The notes beneath the pieces were generated by a model. That model searched no databases. It saw only the letters and a program-made list of their open reading frames with translations, and was not told the origin of the DNA. From Octopus sinensis (lineage: Eukaryota): DNA of 64,000 nt. Shown piece by piece: positions 49,898 to 63,109 of this stretch (within the stretch, counting starts at the first letter, position 1; each line of letters begins with the position of its first letter). The DNA is taken from the NCBI RefSeq assembly GCF_006345805.1, contig NC_043007.1, positions 73,284,001 through 73,348,000 on the forward strand, given 5' to 3'. Made by a program: the position numbers and the translations under genes.

Positions 49898-50299
49898 AAC
49901 ATATACGTATACGTTTGTGTGTGTGTGTATGTATATATAGATGCATATATTTCATATTATATATGTATATGTGTGTATGTGTATAGATATATATATATAT
50001 ATACTTGTGTATGTCTGTGTGTGTTTGTGTCTTCTCGTCTTGATATCACATGATAGTCGTAAACAAGCACCACCAGCATACAAGCAGTGTTGTTCATTTG
50101 CAAAGTTCTGTGAAAACATGGCTAGCTTAGAGGAAATTTAAACCTCCTTTGAAACAAGGAAGTATTGGTGACGTATGAAAGAACTCTGCTGATCCATGCA
50201 AGTATAGAAAATTGGATATTTAAACAATGATGATATATATATATATATATATATGATCTATAGTATATTTGTATGTATATATGTATGAATTACAAGTGC

Positions 50300-50337
<38 letters not shown>

Positions 50338-51789
50338 TATATATATACACACACATACAGAAAGATGAGGGATAGTGATATAAATAAACACAGTTAGGCT
50401 TGTTTAATATCTACATATATATAGATACACATAGACACATATATCTCCATATATTCAGAAAGATAAACACATAGATTCATAGAGCATAAAGCATACAGAA
50501 TACTGAGAAAACATAATTTCTTAACTTAACACCCATTTTAGGGAACTTAAAGAACCATGTCATAAATATATGTATATATGCATGCATACATCATTGACTT
50601 GACATCACATGATAAGTGTAAACAAGAGTCACTGTTATGCATGCAGTGTCATTCAGTTCCACTCTTCTATGAAAACATGCCCAGTTATGAGCAAATATTT
50701 CCTTGCTTGGAAACTGGTATGACAGGAAGGGTGCGAGGCTGTAGAAAATATGCCTCAACGAATTCTTTCTGCAAGTATGAAAAAGTGGAATGATTATATA
50801 TATATGTATATATATAAAATCATCATCATCTTCATTATTTTATGTCAGCTTTCCATACTGGCATGGGTTGGACATTATGACAAGTTCCAGTTGGTCATTG
50901 TACCATATCTGGCTCCAGCGTCCCAATTTTAACTGGATGCCCTTCCTAATGCTAACCACTTTACAGTGTACATTTTTTCATGGCACCAGCACTACTGAGG
51001 TCACCTTGTAACCTGCAAGACTAATGATTCCCATCAACTGAAAGGCTGGATAGGAAATAGGTGGCTGTTTTAAGTGTTAAAGGGTTAAATAATGGTGTGT
51101 GGAGCAGGGACAGGTTTGTGGTTGTGGAGGAGATTCATGGCTGCTCTGCATTTTACATGGGTTGATGGAGGAAGCTGGAGTGAAACAAAAAGAAGAGTAA
51201 ATATGGTGGCGATGAAGTGCCAGAAAGTAAATTTAATGATAACATGTCCAAGAGATGTATAAGAGAGAGTGTAGATACAGAAAAATAAGGATGGGTGGTT
51301 GGGTAAGGTTGTAAATGAGAAATGAATACAGACATGGGGTGGAGGTTGTCAGATATATGTAGAGGAGGAGTAGAGAAGAGGGTGAAGGATGATAAGAATG
51401 AGGAATGGATGCTGATTTGGAGTAGCACAGACAAGAGGGAGTAGTGTCTGTATAAAGATGAAGATATTGTATATAGTTATAGGTTCTGGTGGTATATACA
51501 GTACCATACTGTATTTCTTTCAGTAGCAGGACACTTCAGTAGACAGGAGAGTGATAGGATAACGAAGGGTTGGGTTAAAGTTTGAAAGACAGTGGAGAGT
51601 GAGAGATAGGTATAAATAAGTGTAAAAATGTGTGATTGATGGTGAGAATAAGGAAGGGATGTGAGGTGAATGTGGCTCAGGGGAGAGAACCCTTTCTCTG
51701 AGTGGTGGAAGGAAAAGGGGAGGGGAAGAATAAGCAGGATTTGTAGATTTGGCAGGGACTCACTTGTGTGTAGTGTGTGCATAGACATT

Positions 51790-52340
51790 ATGCTTTTAAA
51801 GCCTCAATCATGACATGCTAATGTGGCTGGGCAGGTTTTCTTGAGCACTGCATTTTGCCAATCATCTCAGTTCTTTGTCATCTCTTCTGAGAGTCTCAGT
51901 GTCCTGAGATCAGCCTTTGTCACCTCATCCTACATCTTACTGGGTCTTCCACTTTCATTGGGTTCCATCTATTTTCAGTCATACAATTCACATGCTTAAA
52001 CAGTCTTCTCTCTTGCACACTAAATCTGATTTCTCTTATGCTCAGCTTTTCTCTTGACACATTTGTATCCCATCAATCATGCACACTGTTGTTGCACATC
52101 CAGCAGAGCATGCATGCTTCATTTCTTTCTAATCTTCTTAAGGCCTCCACACTCAGTGCCAACATCTCACTGCCATGTAACATTGCAGTTTATACACAAG
52201 CATCATACAGTCTGTCTTTCACTATGAGAGAGAAACCTTTTGTTGCTAACAGAGGTAATAGTTGCCTGAACTTTCTCCACCCTGTTCTTACTCAGGCAAC
52301 TATGCTTTGAGAACATCCTCCACCAATGCTAATTAGGTCA
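51790..52340 (-). mobile_element. RTE LINE 3' fragment
   Basis: Homologous to 41110-41460, 43740-44260 and 17400-18200. Confidence 0.7.
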
Positions 52341-52563
52341 CCTAGATAACGCAAGATATCTACCACCTCTAGGGATCCTCCAGGCTATTTGATAGCATAT
52401 ATACATGCACATGCTGTGCAACAGTATACCATAGAATTTATTAACTATATATGTATGTGTGTGAGTGTGTGTTATACAGTTTGAATATATATATATATAT
52501 GTATACATATGTATATATGTATGTATATATATGTATATATATATGTATACATATGTATATATG

Positions 52564-52624
<61 letters not shown>

Positions 52625-52650
52625 ATATGTATATATATATATATATATAT

Positions 52651-52787
52651 AGGGAGAGTTCACAAAAAAACAAAAGATGAAGACAAGTGGTGTAGAAAGA
52701 GACACATGTATTAGTATAACGCTTGGGAAGTGAAAAAGTCTTTAACGTTTCGAGCCTATGCTCTTCCACAGAAAGAAACAAGGAATG
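52651..52787 (-). mobile_element. (TA)n-embedded element family C with core-variant hammerhead
   Basis: Second copy at 60151-60255; hammerhead-like fold at 52739-52776. Confidence 0.7.
52739..52776 (-). ncRNA. Hammerhead-like motif with substitution at core position 6
   Basis: UCUUU-CUGUGGA-A-GAGC(auag)GCUC-GAA-ACGU-U-AAAGA. Confidence 0.5.
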
Positions 52788-52791
52788 TATG

Positions 52792-52823
<32 letters not shown>

Positions 52824-53384
52824 GATATATATATGTATGTGTGTATATATATATATATAAAATGTATACATACATGTAGTATAATATATATATGTGTATG
52901 TATGTGGTGGGATCTTGACAGGAAACAAGTACCTCAGTAGGTTATAGATTTTATTTATTTAGTAGCTGGAAAGTCAATGTGATGCTTCACTATGTCGTGA
53001 TCTAAAATTTCATGTCTAATTGATCACTAAACCTCTATCCTGGCATAGTGATGGCATGAAATTTCTGCTTCTTGCAAATCAACACATATGCATGCATGCA
53101 TATGTGTGTGTGTGTGTGTGTGAATGTATATATATATATTGTCTTTGATTGGCAGAAGCAGCAATGTAACTCAAGGGCCAAGCACAAAGCTTTTGGTCCT
53201 TGAATCACTTTGTAACTTTTGGCAATTAAAAAAATATATATATATGTATATACATACACACATACATACATACACATACACTCATGCTTTGAGTTCTGTC
53301 TATCCTGTTTGTAATACCAAGCCTGAAAAAATATATATATATATATCTGTATGCATATATGCATGCACACATACATAAGGTGTG

Positions 53385-53417
<33 letters not shown>

Positions 53418-53509
53418 ATACACATGTCTGTTTATGCTTAATGTATATATGGAAAAATATACACACATATATATATCACTGTGTGCATGTGCATGTATTC
53501 TTGTCTCAG

Positions 53510-53550
53510 CATTCTTCATGTTTGGCCTCATTCCACTGCTAATAACTTTG
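53510..53550 (+). CDS. Candidate 41-nt exon (AFFMFGLIPLLITL)
   Basis: Acceptor gtattcttgtctcag, donor TTG|gtatac; phase-compatible with the 47057 exon; weak. Confidence 0.2.
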
Positions 53551-55009
53551 GTATACTGATCTTGTAGGAAATGTAATATAAAAATTCTTGCAAATAGCAA
53601 AAAAGTAGATGCATACTGTCACAAATATGGGATAAGACGCAAAGTAATGCACTCAAGAATGACATTTTGATAATTTTCAAATATTGATATCTTTGAATAA
53701 AATTATGCTGAAAATATGACCATTTTCTTTCCTTCTGTTAAATGTTTAAATTGAGTTTCTGTAGTGAAATGTTTGTATTTTAATAAATAGAATATTAATT
53801 TGGACAGGCCTTATTTTTTTTACCATTATGTGTGAAATAAGTAAAAGTTATATAGAAATATCTAATTTGAGATGTTTTTTTTAAGAAAATATAAATTTAG
53901 AAAATATTATTTACTTTTAAGGATGTGTAAGTCATTAAGTGAGAAAGAAAGAAGGATTGTTGGTGAAAATTGAGTGGGGGAGAGAAAACAAAATGAATAA
54001 GTGTGTGTGTGTGAGAGAGAGAAGAAAGAGACAGAAACAGAGACAGAGAGAGAGCTGTGAGGTATGGAAGTATAACAAGAAAGTTTTTCACTTAAATCAA
54101 ATCTGTAAATAGTTAAGAGCTTACACTCTGAAAAATAATTTCTAAAAGATGACTTTGTCTCCTAATTCTAAGAGACTCTGTCTGATGAATTCTAAGCAGA
54201 ATAGCAGTGAAGTAAAAGCAATGCATCTTTCTAACCTATTACGTAATTATTTCAAAAGTTGTGATATTTAAGTTTGTAAGGCAACTGAATATGTGTTAAG
54301 TGGTTGATGTAATGTTAGCTGCTGAGATATTAAAGGAAATTTGCATCAGAAGCATATAATAATACCATAACTAGTAAAGCATTTTATTGTTTTTGTGTTA
54401 TTAATAGCTCAATTGTATCCAATAGTTTCTGTTTTATGTCATAGAAATTTCATAATTTGTAATGGAAACTAATTCTTATATGGTGAAGTCATTTCACATT
54501 GTTTACTTAGAAATATGATTATAAAATGTTATCATCATTGTTGCAAAGTTTCATAAAAAGGTTCAAAAGTGAAAGAAAAGAAAAGCTAAAGAGAACCTTA
54601 TCTGGTAAGTGTGTAATATCAATTTGAAAGACAAATATACATATCTTTGAATGACATTACATTGGTTTACCATTTTGGAATGAAATAAATGACTCCGAAA
54701 CTGAGAAGGATAATTTTTGATGCCATCATTGAAGCAATTTTTCTGCAATTACATCAGTTCGGGTTTCTGTTTCAAAAGTGTTCAGTTAGAGTTTTGATGA
54801 AAATGTAACTAAATTGCACCTTTATCGAGAGGATATTCCTTAAAAGAAGAAAAGAGAGAAGCATACAACTGATTGGAAAAAAAACTGAGGTAGTAGCGCT
54901 GGCTACTACTTCAATTTCAGTGTTTTATCCAGTTGGACATAAATGGTCTGTAGATTTGCCCTCAGAAGAACCTATATACCAAGAGTATAATAATAATAAT
55001 AATAATAAT

Positions 55010-55590
55010 TGTGTACAGTGCTCAGGTGCACTACAACTCATCTAAAGTGTATATATAATCAGGTGTAGTTTCGGCGGATTTCGGAAAGCATGAGGGCCTT
55101 AAAGGATGCAGTGTCATGGCAGTCAACAACTGACACAGGCAGTTTATTCCATGCTTCAGCAACTCTGAGCGTGAAAAAATGTTTCCGAAAGTCATGGGAG
55201 CTGTGTTGTTTTCTGACTTTGTAGGCATGTCCACATGTATTAGACACATGGAGATCAAAAAGCTATTCAGTGTTGTTGTTGGTGGGGTGGTTGATAACTT
55301 TGTGGGTGTTTACCAAGTCCGTCGCCAGACACTGGAGCTTCAGTGAATCCATGCCCAGGGAAACAAGGCGCTCAGAATATAGTAGGTGTCTGATGGAGGG
55401 TATGCGTTTGGTTGCACGTCTCTGGACAGATTCCAGGAGGTCAATGTTCTGAGCAAGATAGGGGTTCCAAACTGATGATGCGAATTCCAAGTGTGGTTGT
55501 ACCATAGCTGTATACAGTTTTAAATAGATGGCTGGAGAGCGGCTAACAAAAGTCTTGCTGAGTGATGCCAAGACACCCTCGGCCTATATT
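55010..55590 (-). mobile_element. CR1 LINE 3' fragment
   Basis: LYTAMVQPHLEFASSVWNPYL...ESVQRRATK; GHAYKVRK...RKHFFTLRVAEAWNKLP; (TTA)n tail at about 54988-55010. Confidence 0.93.
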
Positions 55591-56039
55591 GCCTTCTCAA
55601 GATTCTCAGATACTTAATTTACATCTGTACTGTAACTTTGTAAGTATCAATGTCTAGATTACATTACTGAACACTGTCCCAATTGTTAAACTGTTTGAGA
55701 ATTTTGTGTCAAACAACAAACACAGTAACCTGTAATTCAAATCATGTTACTGATACTGTATTGGGTCAGAGGCCAACAAAATGAATATTTCTACCTAATT
55801 CTTACAAAGGATCACAGAGTGGTTTAGTTTTAGTGCTCTAAATCTGATGGGGATGTACACTAGAAGTGAATAGGGGAGAAAATATGGGTATATTTTGGTG
55901 AGTTTGAGTGGAAGTAGAGTGCAGGAATTAGTTAAGAGGCTATAGTTTGTTTTTTAGATACATCTCACAGATACTCTGGGATGTACCATCAATAATGTTT
56001 CAGGGTTCTCAGAGTTTTCAACATCAAATCCCTTAATCC

Positions 56040-56310
56040 AGTTGACCCAGCTGGGATTGATGAGGACCTAGCTTGCATCCCAGTAACAGTAAACCACTAG
56101 TCTGCCCTTTTTATCCAGAGTCACCTAGTGGTCTTCTCAACAGCAATAGTAATGAACTTTATGGCCTTCATCTTTATAGCCCAGAGTTAATGTCACCAAT
56201 AACCTGGTAGCCACTTCAGCTGCCTTGCAACATATCTGCCAGCCTTAGTTTCTTCAATGCTCTACCAGCTCCTGGTATTTGCCAAATATAAGGAGCTGTT
56301 AAGAGACTAT
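56040..56310 (-). mobile_element. HERO/R2-type (restriction-like endonuclease) non-LTR element 3' end
   Basis: KYQELVEH..GWQICCKAAEV; after frameshift AIKFITIAVEKTTR*LWIKRA. Confidence 0.55.
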
Positions 56311-56799
56311 TGTAGTAACAATACAAAAGGGTAAAGAAAAGAAATATCTGTGAGCTAGAGTAGCTGAAGTTTGTTAGGGAGTATTTACTAATCTATCACA
56401 TGGACTTATTGGATGTTTCTGTGTGTAGCAGCAGCAGCAGTACCATCTTATTCAAGCTTTATATATTTTGAACTGATTAAAGGCTGGATATATACTGTTA
56501 CATATAAAGGAATCCTTGTTTTTGTGATACAATTCGGCAATGTTATGTTTGTGAGATGATCAAAAGATATTGTCAGAGAATGGGAAGCCTCACATTTGTA
56601 CCAACTGTATGGGTTTTAACTGTGTATTGTTTATGTATAGAAACTGATATTTTTAAGAGTTTGCTTGATATATGTAATGACTGGGTCTTAGAATTTTTAT
56701 AAAAAGTTGTCATTTCAGTGTCTGTTACCTCGTAGAGGTAATTTTGGTCTAGTGTTATGTTGTATGTAGATGATATTTGCATACAGAACATTGAAGATT

Positions 56800-57800
56800 G
56801 AAGGGTGGTCATCATCTGAATAGAAATGACAAATAGATCATTGGAAGAGTGTGGTGGAGAGAATCAAACTTTGGATTGAAGGAAAACTGACCAAAATTTG
56901 TTACAATGGTGTAGTTGTGAGCAGAAACTTCTGAGGGACAGGTGGTGGGAGCTTAGGGGTTCATACATAGCTATTGTGCGTTCATGATAGTGAAACAGAG
57001 AGGGTACAGGTGAGTTTGATGAGTATGTCCAGGATACTATTAGAAGCAAAACAGGTAGTTAATGAAGAAACGTTTTCAGTGAGAGTGCTTCTAATAGTGT
57101 TGAGTTTGAGGAATGGTATACAGGAGTATTCTGCAAATATGATAGAAACTCTCTTGGTAAGTGATTAGAAGGCATTGCTGTGATTTAGGAATCTAGAAAG
57201 CTTGTAAATTTAACTGTGCAATGCATAAAAACATTTGCTTTTCTGCAGATAGTTTTGCAGTGGTGGGTCATTTTGTACAGGTGTTGTAGACAATAATTTT
57301 TTGACCTGTACTGTTGCAGGTGCTTTAGTTGTGTGAGGTAAGTGAAAGAACATGCCAAAAGGGATGTTTTCAGTTCATTGCATAGTTGTTTCAGTTGGGT
57401 CATGGGGTAACTTGAAATAGTAGTGCATTCTATATTGTAAGACCTGTTGCCTTGATTGGGTAGTGCTGTAACAGACACAGAGTTAGTGGTGGCTGGATTT
57501 GGAGGTGAGAAAAGAGTTCAGAGGTAATTGTGGTGTTGGTGTGTCAGTCAGGATATGGGAGATTCAACCTGTGCAATAGCCAAATTATTGTGTGAGAAGC
57601 AGGTGTTGTGTATATTGAAGTCACCCAAGATGATGACTGGTGAGTGATGACATGAAGTAGATATCTTCAACAGAAAATGAAAGATTGTTGGAAAAACTGC
57701 AACAATTTAGAGAGTAGTAGATTAAGTTGGAAGAATGTATAAGAGAGACATTGAGCTAGATGAACTAAACATAAGACGTACAAAAAATATGTTTTACAAG
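56800..57800 (-). mobile_element. Decayed CR1/L2-type LINE, AP-endonuclease region
   Basis: SPVIILGDFNIH at about 57610-57645. Confidence 0.65.
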
Positions 57801-58613
57801 CATACAATATATATATATATATATATATAGATGTATAATGTACAAATGGTTGAGAGCAGGAACCTCAATGATCTACTGTTTTTCATCATTACTAATAACA
57901 TGTCTGAGTTGAGAGATAAATTTAAAAACAAAAAAAAAAAAATAGAAATCCCTGATATAAAAGTGGATGGGAGGGTACATGATAGGCACATGGCCTAGTG
58001 GTTAGGGTGTTGCCCTCATGATTGCAAGATCATGGTTTCGATTCCTAGACCAGAGTGGCGTGTTGTGTTGTTAAGCAAAACACTTTGTTTCATGTTGCAC
58101 TAGTTCACTCAGCTGTAAACGAGTAACTGTGCAACAGACTGGGGTCTCATTCATTAGGGAGGGGATGACTTGAGACAATATTGTCTGAGGGATGATGATA
58201 TTGATGTATATTATAGATTGCATCACAGTCTGAAACATGGACCAGCATATATGAAGCATATTTGTTATACAGCAATGAATTGAATACAAAACTAATTAGT
58301 CATGATTAACGTAAGCTGTCAGAATGGTTGATTGATTTTAAGAGCATTGTGAAAGACTAGGCTGAGCTTATAATAGCATCTCCTGCATGAAACCTCTGTT
58401 AACTTCAGTCAGCAACCTGTTACAACAGAGAGCAGAACTGCAACAATTGACAGATATTCTTCAAGCTTAAGTGGTGATGAAGTGTTAAGACAAAAGATTG
58501 AACATTGTAAAGAATAAAGTCTTGACAGCTGTCATCTTTGCCATTTTCATAGCTTAATAGGATTAGAAACAGCAATATGCTATCTGTTCTTTCTTTCTTT
58601 TTTTTCTTCTTTT

Positions 58614-58990
58614 TTTACTTGTTTCAGTCATTTGACTGCGGCCATGCTGGAGCACCGCCTTTTAGTCGAGCAAATCGACCCCAGATCTTATTCTTTGTAA
58701 GCCTAGTACTTATTCTATCGGTCTCTTTTGCCGAACCGCTAAGTAACGGGGACGTAAACATACCAGCATCGGTTGTCAAGTGATGTTGGGGAACAAACAC
58801 AGACATACAAATATATATACATATATACGATGGGCTTCTTTCAGTTTCCGTCTACCAAATCCACTCACAAGGCTTTGGTCGGCCCGAGGCTATAGTAGAA
58901 GACACTTGCCCAAGGTGCCACACAGTGGGACTGAACCCGGAACCGTGTGGTTGGTAAGCAGGCTACTTACCACACAGCCACTCCTACGCC
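58614..58990 (-). mobile_element. S2 SINE, full length
   Basis: Matches 24671-25072. Confidence 0.92.
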
Positions 58991-59099
58991 TGTAGAATCA
59001 AAACATTGACTGGATGAGGTAAGCATATAATGTATATGGGCGAAGTCAAGAATATCCGAGCAAATAATTCTGTACATGAAAATATCAAATGTCTGATGT

Positions 59100-59450
59100 T
59101 TGCTTAGTAGGCCATTGCTCTATTTCAAAGCAAAACGGAAGAATGTGAAGGACATGCAAATGAAAACCAAGTATTAGGACTTCAGCTTACTCAACAGAAG
59201 TCTTGGCAGGAAATCTGTGTCATCAGTCTCAGGGGGTAAAACACACAGGACATCAATATTAAGCTTGGCGTTCAGTATTAAAGCAGAGTTCAGCGATTTT
59301 GGAAACATTACATACAAGCACTTCAAATGATTCTTGACATCAGATGGTAAATCTACTGTACTTTTGACTTATTTACAAATCAGAAGAGAATATAAGTGGA
59401 CCAAATGATATCAGAGAATTTATTGAATTGCTTTGTAAGCCTTGTTCTCA
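59100..59450 (+). mobile_element. Possible decayed Tc1-like transposase N-terminus
   Basis: ICVISLRG*NTQDINIKLGVQY*SRVQRFWKHY resembles a paired-like HTH; interrupted by stops. Confidence 0.3.
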
Positions 59451-60150
59451 ATAGAATTTATTCCTTCAGTGTTATAAAAATAAATTTTAACATATTTTAT
59501 TCTAGTTTAAAAAAAACCTGTAACCTATCTCAAAGAAAAATTCTTTGTTAAATAAATTGGCATTACTTAGAATTATTTCTCTCAAAAAAGGATTAGTGAG
59601 ATAGGAGAAATGGAAAAATGTTGCTGTTTAAAGTACGTTGTAACCTGATCATGTACTTTGGCACCATTTTCACTATTAAGATTTCACAATATAGTTTTAT
59701 AAAACATAGTAACTTCAAGAAGCTGGTGTCTAGATTTTCATGTCCTGCTCCCATGAATAATGACCTTGAAAACATTCTCCAACCATGAATAACATGAAAA
59801 GCAGATGACCCTCAATGGCACTAAAACAATACATCAAACATAACACTGCACAATTTCTAGTCAGATTAAACTATTACAACTATACAGTTTCATCTGTTAT
59901 ATGCAAAAGCAATAATATTAGATTAAAATAGCTAGCTGTGTATCATACATAATGTAGATACAGGTTTGGCTGTGTGGTTAGAAGTTTGCTTCCTAACCAT
60001 ACAGTTCCAAGTTCAGTTCTAGTGTGGCACCTTGAGCAAATGTCTTCTATTCTCCTCAGGTCAGCCAAAGCCTTTGAGTGGATTTGGTAGACAGAAACTG
60101 AAATAAGCGTCGTATATATACATACATACATACACACACACATGTATATA

Positions 60151-60255
60151 TAGGGAGAATTCACAAAAGACGAAGACAGATGGTGTATAACGCTCGGGAA
60201 TTGAAAAAGTCTTTAATGTTTTGAGCCTACGCTCTTCCGCAGAAAGGAACACAAA
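60151..60255 (-). mobile_element. Family C element inserted in the (TA)n spacer of an S2 SINE
   Basis: CUUU-CUGCGGA-A-GAGC(guag)GCUC-aAA-ACaU-U-AAAG at 60211-60246 (two CpG-decay changes). Confidence 0.7.
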
Positions 60256-60543
60256 AAGAAACAAAAACCATCCTGGCAGCATCTAGTGGGGTATGCTAGA
60301 TACACATTTCTGCAACATTGGGCATAGTCTGTAGCATGTACTCACAGCTGACTGCATGCTAATATGAAATCTGTTATTACAAATAAATGAGAATAGTGAA
60401 TGAACATCCAATGGGGTTGCATAAAAATGCCACCCAGCTGCATAAGAATCTGTTATATGCAACAGATGTATCACACTTTATGTACATACATTACAATAAG
60501 CAAATTTACTGAGCTATTTACAGTTTAATATATTTATTCAATG

Positions 60544-60835
60544 TGGAGGCGCAATGGCCCAGTAGTTAGGGCAGCAGACTCGTGGTTTCGATTCCCAGAC
60601 TGGGCATTGTGTGTGTTTATTGAGCGAAAACACCTAAAGTTACACGAGGCTCTGGCAGGGGGTGGTGGCGACCCCTGTTGTACTCTTTCGCCTGAACTTT
60701 CTCTCACTCTTTCTTCCTGTTTCTTGGGTAATGCTGCGATGGACTGGTGTCCCGTCCAGCTGGGGAGAACATATACGCCACAGAAACCAGGAAACCAGGC
60801 CCATGAGCCTGGCTAAGCTTGAAAAGGGCACATAA
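60544..60835 (+). mobile_element. S4 SINE
   Basis: Matches 20030-20332. Confidence 0.85.
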
Positions 60836-60939
60836 ATAAATAAATATTTATTCAATCATTAATATTTCAGTAGGTATAGTAGGAATTTCTACTAATGATC
60901 ACACAAAAAACAGAAAAAGAAAATTTTAATTGGGTGGCA

Positions 60940-61290
60940 AAAAGTTTGCTTCCCAACCAAATGGTTCTGGATTTAGTCTTAGCGTGGTACCTTGGGCAAG
61001 TGTCTTCTACTATAACTTTGGGCGGACCAGTCTTGTATGTAGATTTGGCAGATAGAAACTGAAAAAAACCCAGTTGTATATATATATATATATATGTGTG
61101 TGTGTGATGTCCCAGTTTGTCTCACACCATCACTTGAACAACTGGTGTTAGTATGTTTACATCCCTGTAACTTAGCAATTCAGCAAAAGAGACTGATAGA
61201 ATACATAAAAGAGAAAAATAAAAAGGTACTCAAATCAATTCTTTCAACTAAAAATTCTTCAAGGTGGTGCCCCAGCTTGGCCAGAGTATA
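60940..61290 (+). mobile_element. Older S2 SINE
   Basis: Diverged match to 39319-39720. Confidence 0.8.
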
Positions 61291-61559
61291 ATGACAAATA
61301 AGCAAAAGATAAATAATTCCCCTCCCCAAGCCACACAATCTCCGATGCTTTTTCAATACATTTCTAGGCCACTTCCAAACCACTTCAACTGTAAGCCAAT
61401 CACTCAGATTACAGTGCTGCTACACTCTTACATTCAAGATATCTAACCTCCCTACTGATTAGTAAGCCACCACTCTTTAACATACCATTACTAACACATT
61501 GCACTTTATTTTCTCTGAAGTTTTTTTTCTACCACTTCAACTAGAGTTCCTTTGCCTTT

Positions 61560-62253
61560 AACCCTTTAATATCTTATAATTCTGCTTGTTCCTCTGTTAC
61601 TTTGCCCATCAATAATGCTTCCATGTGAGATTAGTTGAAGGGGATGAAGGTGGATAGTAGAAGGATGGTGGAGGAGAAGGGAGGGAGAGGTGGTGGTGAG
61701 TGAAATGTGTAATTTTTTAAAATAAGTTTTTCCCCTCCCTTACTTAGCCCATCTGTAACGCTTTCACGTGATTAGTTGAGGGGAAAGGCAAATAGTGAAA
61801 GAAAAAGGAGAGTGAAAAAGAGGATAGGTGAAGAGTGAAAGTGTTGTATATTAAGTCTATAAAATTGTGTATATAATATATAGTGCGTATATATAAAGTG
61901 CAAAGTAATCATCATATCCCAATTTCCTTCACTTTTCAATGTTTAGCAAATGAATGACTTTCAGGTTTCTTGGATAAAGTTTTCAGAAATAACCCAATAA
62001 GTTTACCATTAATTCCATGAAATATTCACAAGTCCTACAAGTTCAGATTATTCTGTCAAATATAAAGCTTATTTATTCTCATTGTTTTCATGTAATCCTG
62101 CATTATCTTGTAGCTTCAAGATTTCAATGATGTGATTGCTTATTTTTAGAATGATATTGTAGGGTAAGTGTAAGAGGCCAGATCTGGCTGGTTTGAACAT
62201 AAAACAGGTAGAATATTTTGGCCAGATATGGAGTTTAAATCTAAAAGGGTTAA
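61560..62253. mobile_element. Longer piggyBac-type non-autonomous element
   Basis: ttaaccctttaa at left and aaagggttaa at right; right 200 bp matches the MITE at 34131-34350. Confidence 0.5.
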
Positions 62254-62439
62254 ACTAGCAAATTCTGTACCATTCACCTCCACTCCTTTCATTATTGATT
62301 ACTAAAATATTGTGCTAGACATATCAAAAACTTGATCATCAGAAAAATATCTTTTTGGATCTTGTACATTTTCATGGTTTTAGCTACCAATGTTAACCTG
62401 CACATTAACTTCACAAATCGAGGTGAAGCTGTAAATTTG

Positions 62440-62868
62440 TACTCACAGGCTATAATTGTATAGGCGGCACTGGCATCAGTCACATTCGGATGGTGATTTT
62501 TACATGTCACTGGCACGGGTATCTTAACTACAAAATAAATATCAAATGGAAATTGTAGTTAAGATACCCATGCTGGTGGCACGTAAAAAGCACCATCCAA
62601 ACATGGCTGAATCCAGTGCCGCATGACTGGCTTCCGTGCTGGTGACACGTAAAAAGCACCAGCCTCCTCTGGCCCTTGTGCGGGTGGCACGTAAAAAGCA
62701 CCCACTACACTCACGGAGTGGTTGGCGTTAGGAAGGGCATCCAGCTGTAGAAACACTGCCAGATCAGACTGGAGCTTGGTGCAGCCTACTGGCTTCCCGG
62801 ACCCCAGTCGAACCGTCCAACCCAACCTAGCATGGAAAACAGACATTAAACGATGATGATAATGATGA
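62440..62868 (+). mobile_element. S3 SINE-like element
   Basis: Matches 40170-40545. Confidence 0.88.
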
Positions 62869-63109
62869 TACATTCATATACTCATTTCAGACATTTGACT
62901 GCAGTCATGCTGGAGCACTGCCTTAAAGGGTTTTTAGTTGAAGAAATGACCCCAGGACTTATTCTTTGTAAGCCTAGTACTTACTCTATCAGTCTCTTTT
63001 GCTGAACCACTAAATTACAGGGACATAAACACACCAGCATCAGTTGTCAAGCTATGGTTGGCAGGACAAATACAGACACTTCCACACAAATATATACATA
63101 CATTAGCTG

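Larger units (their letters stand above)
47430..53470. repeat. Microsatellite-dense block of (TA)n, (CATA)n and (TG)n arrays
   Basis: Direct reading; explains the many [12 protein letters not shown] ORFs. Confidence 0.95.

Noticed and set aside
58158-58490. Protein-like short frames (DDLRQYCLRDDDIDVYYRL; HETSVNFSQQPVTTESRT; KPLLTSVSNLLQQRAEL)
   Set aside because: Weak acceptors, one lying in a SINE tail; competing frames end in stops and no homology was recognised.
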